Part shown: in pieces, positions 7,020-7,920 of the stretch
Layout of the letters: each line of letters opens with the position of its first letter
How positions within the stretch are numbered: the first letter of the stretch is position 1
DNA from: a virus
Taxonomy: Duplodnaviria > Heunggongvirae > Uroviricota > Caudoviricetes
Virus record (IMG/VR): IMGVR_UViG_2703719368_000005
DNA: 7,920 nucleotides
Strand: one strand, 5' to 3'
Translations under genes and position numbers: made by a program
Notes under the pieces: generated by a model
The model's database searches: none
Seen by the model: the letters and a program-made list of their open reading frames with translations, nothing else
Told to the model about the DNA's origin: nothing

Positions 7020-7293
7020 TCTGTTTACGCGAATGTGTTGCCGGATGGACGTGGCGACCGTTCGGGTGATGGGCAAACAGGCGGAGATTAACGGCGTCGT
7101 GTACGACGTGATGCCGGAGGAAGAGTCCGCGGAGATGGGGGCGCTTTCGGGCAGCCAGTTGTCACTGGTGGTGTTTTCAGCCCGGTACCGTCCGGCCCGT
7201 CATGATGTTGTTGTGTTTGCGGGGCGCACACTGACGGTGACCCGTTATGACACGTACAACGGTAAACCCCGGATTTTTGTCGAACAGGAATGA
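7012..7293 (+). CDS. Head-tail attachment protein, lambda gpFII-like
   Basis: ORF 7012..7293, 93 aa, start overlapping the upstream stop (ATGTCTGA at 7012-7019). The N-terminal MSDLFTRM resembles lambda FII MADFDNLFD; the internal ...INGVVYDVMPEE... and ...RTLTVTRYD... parallel FII ...IRGVFDDPEN... and ...GDTLTIGEEN.... It lies directly upstream of the gpZ homolog, as FII does in lambda. Confidence 0.5.
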   Translation: MSDLFTRMCCRMDVATVRVMGKQAEINGVVYDVMPEEESAEMGALSGSQLSLVVFSARYRPARHDVVVFAGRTLTVTRYDTYNGKPRIFVEQE

Positions 7294-7295
7294 GT

Positions 7296-7919
7296 ATGGC
7301 AATAAAAGGTCTGGCGCAGGCCATGAAAAATCTGGATGCAATTGATCGCCGTGCCGTTCCCCGGGCCTCTGCCACGACACTGAACCGAGTGGCGGGGGCC
7401 ATTATTGCGAAAACGGCCTCTTCAGTTGCCAGGGAGCTGGCCGTTCCCCGTCGTCTTATCCGTGCCCGCATCCGGTTAAGTCCGGCACGACCGGATAAGG
7501 TTTACGCAAAGGTTTACATCAATACCGGCAACCTGCCCGCCATCAAACTGGGGGAGGCCCGCGTTCGACTTTCCCGCAGAAAACGGAGAAAGAAAGGACA
7601 GCGTGCGGCCCTGAAAGGGGGCGGCAGTGTGCTGATTGTGGGGAAAAGACGGATCCCGGACGCCTTTATCACCCGGCTGGCTAACGGACGCTGGCATGTG
7701 ATGCAGCGTATGCCGTGGGCATCATCATCCACCGGCGCGGACAGCAAAGGGAGGCCGAAACGCCACCGTCTGCCGATCGAAGTGGTGAAGATTACGACTG
7801 CCGGACCGCTGGCAGAAACCTTTGAACGTGAACGGGACCGGATGTACCGGGAAAAATTACCGGCGCAGATGATGAAAGCCATGACGCATCAGTTACGCCT
7901 GGTGCTGAAAAGAAAATGA
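7296..7919 (+). CDS. Z: Tail completion / minor tail protein, lambda gpZ-like
   Basis: ORF 7290..7919 in the track; the ATG at 7296 has AGGA 6 nt upstream and gives an N-terminus MAIKGLAQAMKNL matching lambda Z MAIKGLEQAVENL. Strong collinear similarity to lambda Z as I recall it: LSRRKRRKKGQRAALKGGGSVLIVGKRRIPDAFITRLANGRWHVMQR against LSRRRRRKKGQRSSLKGGGSVLVVGNRRIPGAFIQQLKNGRWHVMQR. Stop TGA at 7917-7919. Confidence 0.9.
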   Translation: MAIKGLAQAMKNLDAIDRRAVPRASATTLNRVAGAIIAKTASSVARELAVPRRLIRARIRLSPARPDKVYAKVYINTGNLPAIKLGEARVRLSRRKRRKKGQRAALKGGGSVLIVGKRRIPDAFITRLANGRWHVMQRMPWASSSTGADSKGRPKRHRLPIEVVKITTAGPLAETFERERDRMYREKLPAQMMKAMTHQLRLVLKRK

Positions 7920-7920
7920 C

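Noticed and set aside
1-7920. tRNA genes, CRISPR arrays, IS elements, toxin-antitoxin or defence cargo
   Set aside because: No direct-repeat/spacer architecture, no terminal inverted repeats flanking a transposase-like ORF, no cloverleaf-like segments noticed, and all sizeable ORFs are accounted for by head and packaging functions.

Overview
The window is a contiguous, single-strand (+) DNA-packaging and head-morphogenesis module of a lambda-like (cos-type) tailed phage or prophage, probably from an enterobacterial host. No database search was possible; all homology calls rest on my recollection of phage lambda and E. coli ClpP sequences, on motifs read directly from the supplied translations, and on gene order. 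Order: a non-coding cos-like region (1-429), small terminase (Nu1-like, 430-906), large terminase (gpA-like, 903-3026), gpW-like head-tail joining protein (3023-3235), portal (3235-4636, reading frame broken once near 3485-3567), a ClpP-like protease fused to a linker and major capsid domain (4581-6605), a hairpin/terminator-bearing spacer (6606-6692), a small DUF2190-like capsid-associated protein (6693-7019), a gpFII-like head-tail protein (7012-7293) and a gpZ-like tail completion protein (7296-7919). Almost every gene junction overlaps by a few bases. I see no tRNA, CRISPR array, IS element or obvious cargo gene, and no convincing novel system; the points most worth a second look are the broken portal frame, the fused protease-capsid polyprotein, the putative cos site and a Fur-box-like palindrome upstream of it.
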